Below, piece by piece: positions 45,568-55,000 of a stretch of DNA of 64,000 nucleotides. Both the position numbers and the translations under genes were made by a program. The number at the start of each line of letters is the position of its first letter. Within the stretch, counting starts at the first letter, position 1. The notes under the pieces were generated by a model, which was not told the DNA's origin, did not search any database, and worked only from the letters and a program-made list of their open reading frames with translations. Source of the stretch: a virus. The DNA is taken from IMG/VR virus record IMGVR_UViG_3300037461_000986, positions 1-64,000 of that record. One strand, given 5' to 3'.

Positions 45568-46113
45568 CTAGGCGGACTTGGGCGCGCGCGCACGGCGCCC
45601 TCCAGAGCGCGTGGGCTTGACCGGCCCCGGCTCGTCCTCGTCGGCGCTAGCGCGCGCGGGGGGCGGCACCGTCGGGCGGCGCGCGGCCACCTGCACGGCG
45701 AGCGCGTCCGCGTCGTCGTCCTCGCCGATCTGGGTCGGCGTGAGTACGGTCTCGAGCGCGGTCTTCGGGACCGGCAGCCGCTCCTCGGCCGTCACGGCGT
45801 CTGGCGCGGGCTGGTCCACGATGGCCGCGCGGACGGCGGACCCGCCCACGCGCGCGCGCGCCTCCATCTCGGTTTGCAGCCGGTCGCGGAGCGCCTGCTC
45901 GTTAGGCGCGGTGAGGATCTCAAACTGCGGGATCTCCCGCAGCTCGGCCAGCTCGCGCGGGTCGCTGACCATGCGCAGCGGCGAGGGGCTGGCCTCAGTG
46001 CCGGCCGTGTACTTGCTGCCCGAGGCGCTGGTATAGGACCGCATCAGGAAGCCGCGCACGCGGTTCGGCTCGCGAAGGCGCACGGCGTAGAGGGGCGTGA
46101 GGGCGTCGGTCAT
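45568..46113 (-). CDS. hypothetical protein with a disordered basic/acidic C-terminus
   Basis: 181 aa. GAAGGAG RBS. It follows a terminator-like structure. Confidence 0.6.
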   Translation of the reverse strand: MTDALTPLYAVRLREPNRVRGFLMRSYTSASGSKYTAGTEASPSPLRMVSDPRELAELREIPQFEILTAPNEQALRDRLQTEMEARARVGGSAVRAAIVDQPAPDAVTAEERLPVPKTALETVLTPTQIGEDDDADALAVQVAARRPTVPPPARASADEDEPGPVKPTRSGGRRARAPKSA

Positions 46114-46153
46114 GGGGCTCCTTCATCTGCATCTGCGCGATGCGCGTCATCTC

Positions 46154-46214
46154 AAAAAAGCGGCGGGCGCACCAGAGTCCTGTGGGGGGGCAGGACGGGG
46201 ATGGCGCACCCGCC
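46154..46214 (-). terminator. intrinsic terminator candidate (nested hairpin plus U-tract) after the capsid sub-operon
   Basis: The minus-strand sequence reads GGCGGGUGCGCC-AUCCCC-GUCCUG-CCCCCCCA-CAGGAC-UCU-GGUGCGCCCGCC-GCUUUUUUG. The outer stem is 12 bp (2 G.U pairs), the inner stem is a perfect 6 bp, and a T6 tract follows. It begins 7 nt after the stop at 46221. Confidence 0.6.
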
Positions 46215-46220
46215 ACAAGC

Positions 46221-46583
46221 TCACTTGATCTTGAACGTCACATAGAACGTGGTGGCCTTGAGGTCCACGCCGTTGGCGATCTCGTCCACCGTGGCGTGGC
46301 CGCCGTCGCGGACCTTGAGTCCGGCCGCCACCCACTCGGGCTTGTACGCGCCGCAGTCCGAGGCCTCGATGCCGTAGATGGTGACGTCGCGCGTGCCGCG
46401 CACGTTGGCGTCGCCCTTGGCGAGTTCGGCCGTCTTGATGGCCAGCTCGAGCGCGGCCTTGACGTTGGCGACCAGCGTGCCGCCGGTCGGGTAGGCGCTG
46501 TCGCCTGCGAACGAGCACTTGATTTCGGCGAGGCCGCCGCCGTGCTCGACGGTATCCAGGATCGTGATGGTTCCAATGGCCAT
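46221..46583 (-). CDS. hypothetical protein (candidate head decoration/accessory protein, by position)
   Basis: 120 aa, the last ORF before the terminator and two genes downstream of the major capsid protein. Confidence 0.55.
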   Translation of the reverse strand: MAIGTITILDTVEHGGGLAEIKCSFAGDSAYPTGGTLVANVKAALELAIKTAELAKGDANVRGTRDVTIYGIEASDCGAYKPEWVAAGLKVRDGGHATVDEIANGVDLKATTFYVTFKIK

Positions 46584-46617
46584 GATGCTTCTCCATGCGG
46601 GGGTTGCCCGCCGTTAG

Positions 46618-47760
46618 TTAGATCTGTCGTCCGACCACGGTCACGTCGATCTCGAGCGTGCCCGCGCCGGTCTCGGCGGTCTCCACGTTGACGTACAGCG
46701 TCGCGTTGCCCGCGACCGGCACCGCGTGTGCTGCGATCGGGACCATGCGGGCCGTGCCCACGGCGCCGATGCCGGTCAGCACCGCACCCGAGACGAGCTG
46801 CGCGCCGTCCGCGGCGGTGCCCACGTTGATCACGCCGTCCGCGTTGAGCGCGCCCACGTTGAGCGAGCTCTTGATGAGCAGGTGCGTCGCGAGGAACCGC
46901 TTGCCGGCCGCGCCATTCAGCGCCGCGCTGTGCTCGTGCTCGTCGGTCTTCATGTCGAGGCCGGTGACCTGCATGTAGACGTGGTCGTCCACGATGGCGC
47001 CAATCGACACGTCGTGCGCGGCCAGCATGGTGGCCATCGCGCCCGTCATGAAGCCGTCGCTCACGCCCGCGACCGCGTCGGCGTGCAGCGTGCCGCCGAG
47101 TTGATCGCCGTGCGCGTGTACGTGGTCGTCGTTCGAGGGCCGGCCGCTCGTGCCGGCTGCTGCCACGCCAACCGCGGCGGGCGTCGCTACCGACGGGGCC
47201 TTCTGGATGATGTACCACGCGTTCGTCCGCCAAACGATGATGTCCCCGGTCAGGAAGACCTGCGCGGTGTTCGTCTTGGTCGGGTCGTTGTCCGTGCAGC
47301 CGGTGGTCACGCGATAGACGTGGCCGTCCTTGACGCCGGTGGTCGCGGTCGCGGCCGGGGGCGGGAAGGCGGCGGCGTTGGCGATGCTGCCCTTGAACTG
47401 CCAGGCGTTGGTCAGCGCGTCGCCGACCACGGTCCAGTTCGTGCCGTTCCACGCGATCTCCTGGCCCGCGAGGAACACCTGTCCGGTGTTGGTCTTCGTG
47501 CCGTCGTTGTCGGTGACGTCGGCGGTCACGGTGTAGAGCCAGCCGGTCTGCACGAGCAGCGCGGTCGGGAAGCCGGCGGCCGCCGCGATGTTGCCCTTGT
47601 AAAGGAACGGACTCGTCACGGTGCCGGTGATGGTGTTGAGATCGGTGACGACCTCGTTGAGGATGTCTTCCAGCGAGCGCACGTCATTGCCGGTGGTCGG
47701 GTCTACGCTGAGCCCCCGGCCGCCTTGGAAGTGCCCGCTTGGTACTGCGGTAACGGTCAT
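46618..47760 (-). CDS. fibre-like protein with a tandem internal repeat and an HxHxH motif
   Basis: 380 aa. Repeats are aa 52-113 (FLYKGNIAAAAGFP...TDNDGTKTNTGQVFLAGQEIAWNGTNWTVVG) and aa 120-186 (WQFKGSIANAAAFP...TDNDPTKTNTAQVFLTGDIIVWRTNAWYIIQ). SNDDHVHAHG is at aa 209-218. Confidence 0.6.
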   Translation of the reverse strand: MTVTAVPSGHFQGGRGLSVDPTTGNDVRSLEDILNEVVTDLNTITGTVTSPFLYKGNIAAAAGFPTALLVQTGWLYTVTADVTDNDGTKTNTGQVFLAGQEIAWNGTNWTVVGDALTNAWQFKGSIANAAAFPPPAATATTGVKDGHVYRVTTGCTDNDPTKTNTAQVFLTGDIIVWRTNAWYIIQKAPSVATPAAVGVAAAGTSGRPSNDDHVHAHGDQLGGTLHADAVAGVSDGFMTGAMATMLAAHDVSIGAIVDDHVYMQVTGLDMKTDEHEHSAALNGAAGKRFLATHLLIKSSLNVGALNADGVINVGTAADGAQLVSGAVLTGIGAVGTARMVPIAAHAVPVAGNATLYVNVETAETGAGTLEIDVTVVGRQI

Positions 47761-47778
47761 GAGTGCCTCCTCGCCCTA

Positions 47779-48714
47779 TCAGGCGGTGCGAACGTGGGTG
47801 ACCTTCACGACGGCGTCTTCTTCCTGCCAGTTGCAGCCGACGCGCAACGTTGCGACCGCGATCCACTCGCCGGTCTGGACGTCGTAGTCGGTGTTGATTT
47901 TGATCTTGCGCCACACGCCCCAGATGAAGTTCTTCGGGTGCGTGTAGATGATGTTCGTGCAGCTGCCGCCGTTCAGGTTGTCCGGGAACACGGGGATGGG
48001 CATGATCGGGCGGCCGCCGTAGCGCAGGGCGTCCATGGATTCCAGGAACCGGTCGCCGAGCACTGTGGCGCGATCCGCCAGGTAATCCCGGTAATCGATC
48101 TCGGCGTCCTCGGAGGTCCAGAACTCCTGCTTGTTGCGCAGGCGGTTGTACTGCGACGGCATGGCCTTCACGGCGGACTTCAGCACGCCCTTGTGGATCG
48201 GCACGGTGCCGCCGTTGACGGTGTGCGAGCTGGTCAGGGCCAGCATGCCGTTGAACTGCGCGAGGAACGCGTCGGCCGACCCGGTGCTGCCGTTGACGGC
48301 CAGCTCGTCGGAGTCGAGCGCGATGTGCTCGGAGAACATGCTCATGATGGTGTTCTTGAACGAGCCGCCCTCGATGTTGTCCTCGAGGTACTCGTCGGTC
48401 AGCCGGATCTCGGCCTTCATGAGCTTGGTCTCGATGGTGACCTGCTCGGTCGTCGGCTCGACGCGCTCGGTCAGCGTGAGGGCGCGGCCGCTCTGGGCGG
48501 GGCGCAGCACGCGGCCGCTGATGCCGACCTTGGGCAGCACGGTCGTGTGCGACATCATCGGCTTGACCGTGACGCTCTTCAGCACGACCGACTCCTTGAT
48601 GTAGTCGGTAATGAATGAGGAGGCGACCTCGTCGGGGAGGTAGCCGCCGTTCGATACGAGGTCGGCGACCTCGGCATCGGCCTTTTGGATGATGTTCAGA
48701 TTGGACTCGGCCAT
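47779..48714 (-). CDS. major capsid protein, HK97 fold
   Basis: 311 aa. ..LMKAEIRLTDEYLEDNIEGGSFKNTIMSMFSEHIALDSDELAVNGSTGS..FLAQFNGMLAL.. fits the HK97-family capsid pattern. It follows the protease and scaffold genes. Confidence 0.85.
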   Translation of the reverse strand: MAESNLNIIQKADAEVADLVSNGGYLPDEVASSFITDYIKESVVLKSVTVKPMMSHTTVLPKVGISGRVLRPAQSGRALTLTERVEPTTEQVTIETKLMKAEIRLTDEYLEDNIEGGSFKNTIMSMFSEHIALDSDELAVNGSTGSADAFLAQFNGMLALTSSHTVNGGTVPIHKGVLKSAVKAMPSQYNRLRNKQEFWTSEDAEIDYRDYLADRATVLGDRFLESMDALRYGGRPIMPIPVFPDNLNGGSCTNIIYTHPKNFIWGVWRKIKINTDYDVQTGEWIAVATLRVGCNWQEEDAVVKVTHVRTA

Positions 48715-48730
48715 GGTGTGTCTCCTGCTC

Positions 48731-49501
48731 CTAGCGGAGCGTGTTCATGTCGGGCGCCCACAGTTTGCGCGGCGCGGCCTTCTTTGGGTCGGGAACGGCC
48801 TTGGCGATCTCCCCGGACGGCATCGCGTGCGATGCGCCGACGGTCGCCTTGAGCGCGCGCGCGCGGGCCTCGGCGGCGACCTGCGCCTGCCGGGCCTTCT
48901 CCAGCTCCGCGCGGACCGCGGAGAGTTCATGCTCGCGCTCGACCAGGGCCTTGGCGATCGCATCGCTCGGGTCGGCCTTGGTCGTCTCCACGCGCGCGGG
49001 CGGAGCGAGAGGCGGGTCGGACAGCGCGGCGGGAGGCGGCGCGACAGCGGCGGCATGCTTCTCGAAGGCGACCTCGGCCATAGCCAGGGCGATGGCCTCG
49101 CTGGCCGCGACCAGCTTCGCCAGGAAGTCCACAGCGGGGACGACCGGCAGGGAGGGCTCGGAAGGGGATGCGCTCAGCTTGCCCATGGGTTCCTCTCGGG
49201 GGGACGTGGCAGCGGGCGCCGCGTCCGAGTCATTCGAAGCGCCGGGGGGGGCGCTCCGGGATGCACTGTCTTCGGTCTTGCTGGCGGGCGCCATCGCCGC
49301 GCCGCACGCCGGGCAGGTCACGTCGTCGGGATCGACGGCCGCGCCGCACTCGGGACAGGTCAGGGCCTTGATGATCATGAACGCCTTCTGTCGGTTCGCG
49401 CCGGCCGTGACCAGCGACACGAAGCTGACGTCCATATTCTCCAGCCGGGTCACGGGCTTGGTCTGCTCCTCGCCCTTGTCCAGCGCTGCGGTGTCATCCA
49501 T
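48731..49501 (-). CDS. scaffold-like protein with a zinc ribbon and a coiled-coil C-terminus
   Basis: The start was re-set to ATG 49501 (MDDTAALDKG...). It contains VSFVSLVTAGANRQKAFMIIK, then CPECG..x12..CPACG, then an Ala/Glu-rich helical tail (..EHELSAVRAELEKARQAQVAAEARARALK..). It lies immediately upstream of the capsid gene. Confidence 0.5.
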   Translation of the reverse strand: MDDTAALDKGEEQTKPVTRLENMDVSFVSLVTAGANRQKAFMIIKALTCPECGAAVDPDDVTCPACGAAMAPASKTEDSASRSAPPGASNDSDAAPAATSPREEPMGKLSASPSEPSLPVVPAVDFLAKLVAASEAIALAMAEVAFEKHAAAVAPPPAALSDPPLAPPARVETTKADPSDAIAKALVEREHELSAVRAELEKARQAQVAAEARARALKATVGASHAMPSGEIAKAVPDPKKAAPRKLWAPDMNTLR

Positions 49502-50213
49502 TGCGTGGCGCCTCCACCTCGACGCGGCGGGCCGACCCGCCAATCGAGAACGCTCCCAGTTTGCCATCCTTCGCCGCCGCCCACAATTCATCGTCGAGTA
49601 CGCGCAGCCCTAAAAGCCACGAGCCCTTGAGCACCTTGGCCTCACCGATGGTCATGTCGACCGGCGCGAGGTAGTTCTCCACGACCTTCACGCGCTCGAC
49701 GCCGAGCGCCTTCCAGTTGTGTTGCAGGTCCACCGCGCCGCCCTTCTCCATCCAGCCGTGCGCCGCGCGCCGGATCTCCGCCGCGCTGTAGATGTCGCCC
49801 TGCGTGTCGGGATGGAACGGGGCGTCCTCGCCGTCGTTCGGCTCGAGCACCATGGACAGCACGAAGCGCTCCTCGGCCTCCTCGTTGGCGGCCTTGCGCA
49901 CGTCGGTCGCGAGCACGCGGAGCTGGGCGGCCACGCGCCGGGTCAGCGTGCCGACCTGCTCACCGAGATGCTCGACGACGGGCTCGCGTGGACACTCCTT
50001 GTAGATGAACACTTCCGGCCTGTCGCTGCGCAGCTCCGCCACGGTGATGAAGCCTTCGATGCGTAGGCGCGCGCCGTGCGCCGGCCGGTGCCCCTTGGTG
50101 AGCGGGCCGAGGCGCGTTGCGAGCGCGGCGATGCCGTCGACGATCTGGTCGTCGGACCCGGGGATGAACATCGTCTCCCCGTCGCGACAGATCGGCAGGC
50201 CGATCATATTCAT
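49494..50213 (-). CDS. prohead protease, XkdF-like (Peptidase_S78_2-type)
   Basis: The start was re-set to ATG 50213 (MNMIGL...). ..FVLSMVLEPNDGEDAPFHPDTQGDIYSAAEIRRAAHGWM...DLQHN...VVENYLAP....VLKGSWLLGLRVLDDELWAAAKDGKLGAFSIGGSA fits the XkdF-family signature as I recall it. Confidence 0.7.
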   Translation of the reverse strand: MNMIGLPICRDGETMFIPGSDDQIVDGIAALATRLGPLTKGHRPAHGARLRIEGFITVAELRSDRPEVFIYKECPREPVVEHLGEQVGTLTRRVAAQLRVLATDVRKAANEEAEERFVLSMVLEPNDGEDAPFHPDTQGDIYSAAEIRRAAHGWMEKGGAVDLQHNWKALGVERVKVVENYLAPVDMTIGEAKVLKGSWLLGLRVLDDELWAAAKDGKLGAFSIGGSARRVEVEAPRNG

Positions 50214-51277
50214 CAGGTCGGCCGCGAGCTGCACGCGCGCTTGAAGGCGCGGAAGCGCTCGCCCACGGGCTCGTCCGGGGACAGGTCGCCGGCCCACGCG
50301 AACTTGGCGACGTCGTCGTCTGTCGCGACGGTATCCGTGGCCTCGGGCTCGGTGGCCGCATCGGCGGCCTTCGCCGTCGGCTTCTTCTTGCCGCCCGCGC
50401 CGCAGCCCTTCATGTCTTCGGATTCCTCATCCTCGTCCAGGTCCGTCTCGGGCGCGCCGTTCGGCGCCTCCTCCTCGGCGGCCGGCGGGAACGGGGCCTT
50501 CTTCGGCTTCTCGGCGCGCGTGGCCTTGGCCTTCTCGAGCGCCTGCGCGGCCTCGACCAGGTCGGCGGCCTTCTGCGCGATGGTCGCGGCGCAGGTGACC
50601 AGGTGCGCGAGGTCGTAGGTGCCATCGAGCAGCTTGCGCAGCTCGTCGGAGTCGTCGGCCTCGTCGGCGGCCTTGGCGGTCAGGGCGCCGATGGCGGCCA
50701 TGAGCGCGTCCACAGACGACAGCGTGAGGGCGGAGTCGATGGCGTCCTTGGACAGGGCGTCCTTGGCCTGCTCGACGGGCGGCGCCTCGGGCGCGACCTC
50801 GACGGTGGCGGCGGGCGCGGGCTCGGGCGCCGGGGCCGCGTGCTCGCGCGCGACGGGGTTGCCCACGCCGGTGCGGAAGCGCTGGTCGAATTTCTTTTCC
50901 ATCTCGTCGAGGCGGCGCAGCACGACGTCCATGGGGTCGAGCTTCTCGACCACCGGCACGCGCACGGCGTAGATCGTCGCGCCCCGCTCGGCCTGCTTGC
51001 GCACGCCCGCGACGTTCTCACGCAGCAGGGCGAGGCGGTCGAGGTCGGGGGCCTTGGCGAGCGCGGCCTGCTCCTCGGCGAGGAACTTCTCGAAGTCCGC
51101 GGCGGCCATGGTGGCCAGCTCGGCCGTGACCGCGTTGGCGTCTCCGGTCTTGCTCGTCGCAGAGACAAGCTTCTCGGTGATGACGGCCAGCTCCGCACGT
51201 TCGGTAGCCGTCGCGGTCCCGTCGAAGACCTTGCCACTCAGCTCGATTTGCTTTCGCACTGCGTCCATCATTGTCAT
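50213..51277 (-). CDS. acidic coiled-coil scaffold-like protein
   Basis: The start was re-set to ATG 51277, preceded by GGAGGAG (MTMMDAVRKQ...). Ala/Glu/Lys-rich helical protein with an acidic tract (ETDLDEDEESED). Confidence 0.5.
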   Translation of the reverse strand: MTMMDAVRKQIELSGKVFDGTATATERAELAVITEKLVSATSKTGDANAVTAELATMAAADFEKFLAEEQAALAKAPDLDRLALLRENVAGVRKQAERGATIYAVRVPVVEKLDPMDVVLRRLDEMEKKFDQRFRTGVGNPVAREHAAPAPEPAPAATVEVAPEAPPVEQAKDALSKDAIDSALTLSSVDALMAAIGALTAKAADEADDSDELRKLLDGTYDLAHLVTCAATIAQKAADLVEAAQALEKAKATRAEKPKKAPFPPAAEEEAPNGAPETDLDEDEESEDMKGCGAGGKKKPTAKAADAATEPEATDTVATDDDVAKFAWAGDLSPDEPVGERFRAFKRACSSRPT

Positions 51278-51633
51278 GCTTCTCCTCCGGGTAACCATAC
51301 GCGGTTTTTGGGGGGCGGCTGATACGCGTCGCCGTCAAGCTCGCACCGCAGTGCGCGCGAGAGATCGTCTATGCTGCGCTCGACCGAGTGGCCCAGGCCG
51401 CGCAGCGCGCGAAACCACTTCGCGAGGATGGCCGCGCGGCGGCGACGCTCGGCGGCCGTGTTGATGCGCGCCGCGAAGTCCGTGCCGTCCCGCTGCGCAT
51501 CGAACGCGAACGAGGCCTCGAGGATGCGCTCGAAGCGCGCCATCGTTGCGCGCAGGCGCGCGGGATCGCGCTCCAGTTCCTTGAACGGGTGCTGCCTATC
51601 CGAGGCGTGAAACGGATCGATGATGGCCGGCAT
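51274..51633 (-). CDS. hypothetical protein
   Basis: The start was re-set to ATG 51633 (MPAIIDPFH...), preceded by GAGGAG. ATGA overlap with the next gene. Confidence 0.55.
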   Translation of the reverse strand: MPAIIDPFHASDRQHPFKELERDPARLRATMARFERILEASFAFDAQRDGTDFAARINTAAERRRRAAILAKWFRALRGLGHSVERSIDDLSRALRCELDGDAYQPPPKNRVWLPGGEA

Positions 51634-51701
51634 AGGGCTCCTCTCGCGTACACGGTACAGCGCGACAGCGGGCGCGGTCAAACCGCTGCCGTGTTGTCAC
51701 C

Positions 51702-52073
51702 CTATTCGGTCAACCATTCGACAGGCTCCTCGGGCGGCGGGGCCTCGTCGTAGACGTCTTCCTCGCCCTGGTCCGCGTCCGGTCCCTCAAGGCGTGCCCA
51801 GTCCACTGCAAACCCTACTGTCGGCAACGCCAGGCGCAGCGCGCAGGCCGCGCCCCAGAAGCCCTCCCACCCAAACACGGGGCCAAGCGGCGCACGAAAT
51901 GACACGCGCGCAAGGTCGCTGTGCGCGCGGACGGCCGCCGCAATGCGCGCCTCGAGGTCCGGATTGTGCGGGGTCGAGACAATCTTCCAGGTCCCTGCTG
52001 TATCGACGCGCACCTCAGCAACGACCTTGCCCGCGCCTTCGCTCGCACCCTCGGTGATGGGAATCGAATACAT
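51702..52073 (-). CDS. hypothetical protein
   Basis: 123 aa with an acidic C-terminus. Confidence 0.55.
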   Translation of the reverse strand: MYSIPITEGASEGAGKVVAEVRVDTAGTWKIVSTPHNPDLEARIAAAVRAHSDLARVSFRAPLGPVFGWEGFWGAACALRLALPTVGFAVDWARLEGPDADQGEEDVYDEAPPPEEPVEWLTE

Positions 52074-52082
52074 TTTGTCCCC

Positions 52083-55000
52083 TTAGTGTGGCACATAATG
52101 GCCGCGCAGCGCGGAAATCATAAAGGCAACCTGGTCGGCGGCCACCTCCCAGTTCTTCCCGATCTCAGCGGCGCTGCTAAGCCGCTCGACTGCTGTCGAC
52201 AGGAACTCGGTATTAGTTCGCGTATCGTACTCGTCGATGGACGCAGGCGTTTGATAGTCCTTGGCCTTCAGCGGCTTGCCCAGATTCTTGATCAATGCCT
52301 TTGCTTCTTCGCCATACACTTTCGCATCGTACCGATCCATGAACGCACCCGGTAACGCGTATTCGTCCTCGGTGCCTCCCTTGCCGTAAAGGGAAATGTC
52401 GCCCTTGAGCAGGTTATCGACATCACGCGCAAGACGGTTGCGCACAATGCGGGCGGCCACGCCGTTCTTTCCAACGCGATCGACGAGGTGCGCGCCCTCG
52501 TGCTTCAACACACGGCGGCCCGCGACCGCCGCTCGCCCGCTTTGCCCTGATAGCGTCCGCTCGTAGTTATCTGGCATGGAGATAAAGGCGCCCTCGCCGT
52601 CCTCTCCGAATAATACCAGCCGGCGCTTCATGAATCCTCGCCGCCATTGGAGGGATCGATAGAACCGCGGCGCGCCCATTGCGGCAACCGCCTGAACTAC
52701 AGGATCGGAACAATGCTGCAGGGCGAAGTCGAGCGCCTTGCGGGCCGTCTCCCCGCGCTGCATCTCGAGTGACCCCTTGATCTTGTCAGACACCGTGGCA
52801 CGGTCGGCGGCCGTCTGGGCCGCTACCTGTGCCGGCGTCATCTTGGCCGTGCGGTCGACCAGCACGTCGCTAGGCTTGGCCTTGGCCGCGCCCTCCTTCA
52901 CGATCTTCGTAATGATCTGGCCCTTTTCCGCCGTCTTCAGCGCGCGGCCGAGCCGCTCCTCTTCTTTGCGGATGCGCCCCTGGACTTCATCGCGAACGAT
53001 TGCCAACCGCTTGTCGACCTGCTCATGCACGGGCACGCCAGGGATCAAATTCCGTTGGTTCCAATCGATGCGCGCCTTGGGATACGCCTGGCGCACGTCG
53101 GTGAAGAGTTCGACGCCAAGCTTCGCGAGCTTCTCTGCATTGCCCGTCTGGATCCACGCATCGGCAACGCGCGTGAATACATCCGTCGGCACCTTGCCAA
53201 GCACGGCGCCGTCGATGCGCAGGAACACCGCATTGCCCTCGTGGTCATTGACCACCCAGTCGCGCTTGCCAGCCAAGTTCGAGGCGACCTCGGCTTCGAG
53301 GGCCGAGACGAGAAACCGCCGGCTCGCTGGAAATCGTGGGTTTACGAGCTGCGTTGCGGTGACGTTGACGACATGGTCCGACGGCTGGGGCCGGATGACG
53401 CGCAGCGAGGTTTGGAACGTGACCGCCTTGTCGCTCAACGCGGCCCACTCGGACCGCTTCACCGGCACGCCGTTGGCATCAACGGTGGCACTCGACCAGA
53501 CGGCGTGCTCTTGTTTCCACTGCGCCTTGGTAATGATGGCCCCGTCGGGCCGCGCAGCATAGAGTTGCGCCCCGATGGGTGCGTCCTTAAGCGCGCCGGT
53601 CAAACGCGGTCCGGCCGGTTCCTCCAAGGGCGACGGCCCAGCATTCGGCTTTGTCCCAGTCTGCGGCTGCGCGCCGGTCGTGCGCGGCTTGGCCAAGGGA
53701 CTACGCGCGGGCAGACCACTCGTTCCCATGGTCACGCGCGCGGTTGCCGGGTTGCTCACCGCGTCCACGGTTTTACCAATCCGCACAGCGCCCGCGAGCT
53801 CGGCGATGCGCAGCAACTCCTCAGCCGCTACCTGGGCCTCGGCGGGCGTCGTGGCTAGGCGCACAGCCATGGCGGCATCGGCCATCGCCTTGGTCATGCG
53901 CCCAGTGAAGCGCGCCCAGATCGTCTCGCCCTTGGTGTCCACCATCTGCACGAGACGCGACCGACCTGCCGAGGCGGGATTTGCCACGAGCGCACCAAGT
54001 GCCGCGCGACTACTCGATTGCGCGGTGAGGTGCATGACCGCATGACCAGGAGTTGCAAACAGGCCCGGGTTCGTCGCGAGTTCGTCTATTTGCGCGCGCG
54101 CCCAGGGGGCAGCCTCATCGAAGCCGCGCGTCATGGGATCAGAGCCCATAGTGCGCACGCCATACACCTCGGCCGAGGCACCTATAGCGCGCCGCGTTCC
54201 AGCATCAGGCGCCTTCCACCTGGGCAGGCCGTAGTCGTCGACCGGAGTGAGGGTGCCGGTGACTACGGGCTTACTCGGCGTCGGCATCTTGAACTGCTCC
54301 AACGCGCCGAAGGAAGTCCAATCGCCATTCTCGGATGGAGCCGGGCCGACCGCGCGCATCGCACTGCCTTTCGGCACTTGCGCGACATCCATGCGCGGCA
54401 CCAACGTCGTGCGGCAGTTGTGGTGGTAGGGCGGCGCGCCGACATTGGCACCATTGAAGCCTGCCCCGGCGACGAATTGTTGCGCGCGACCGCGGTCGTC
54501 CACATTGCCCGAGCCCTCGCGCTCGAAGCGCCCGAGTAGGGTCTTGCCCGCGTGGATCTCCATGGCGCCTTGATCGTTGCGCGTCTGTCGTAGGAAGGGC
54601 GCGACCTTGCCGATGTCCTCCGGGGTCGTCACCGCCGCCGCACGATTCGCAAGATCTAACGCGCCGGCAATGGGAATCACTTGCCCGTCCATCAGGCGGC
54701 AGTTGTGCACCACCACCGTCTCGGCCACGTAGGTCGGGTCATCCTGCACCTCGAGGTTGTAGACGTCGTACATGCCATCGGCGAACACGTCGACCTCGGT
54801 GACCAGCACGTTCGCGCAGCGCTCGGCGTAGGCGCTGGCAGGCAGCTCGGCCCACGGGTCTGCCTGCTCGCCGCGCCGCCGCAGGTACTCGGTATAGAAC
54901 CACGCGACCTCGCGCGGGGGGCGCGTCGAGCGATGGCGCGTCGAGACGACGTCGCCACTGCACAGGGCGCCCGCCGGCTGCCACCCATGCCGCGTGAGGA

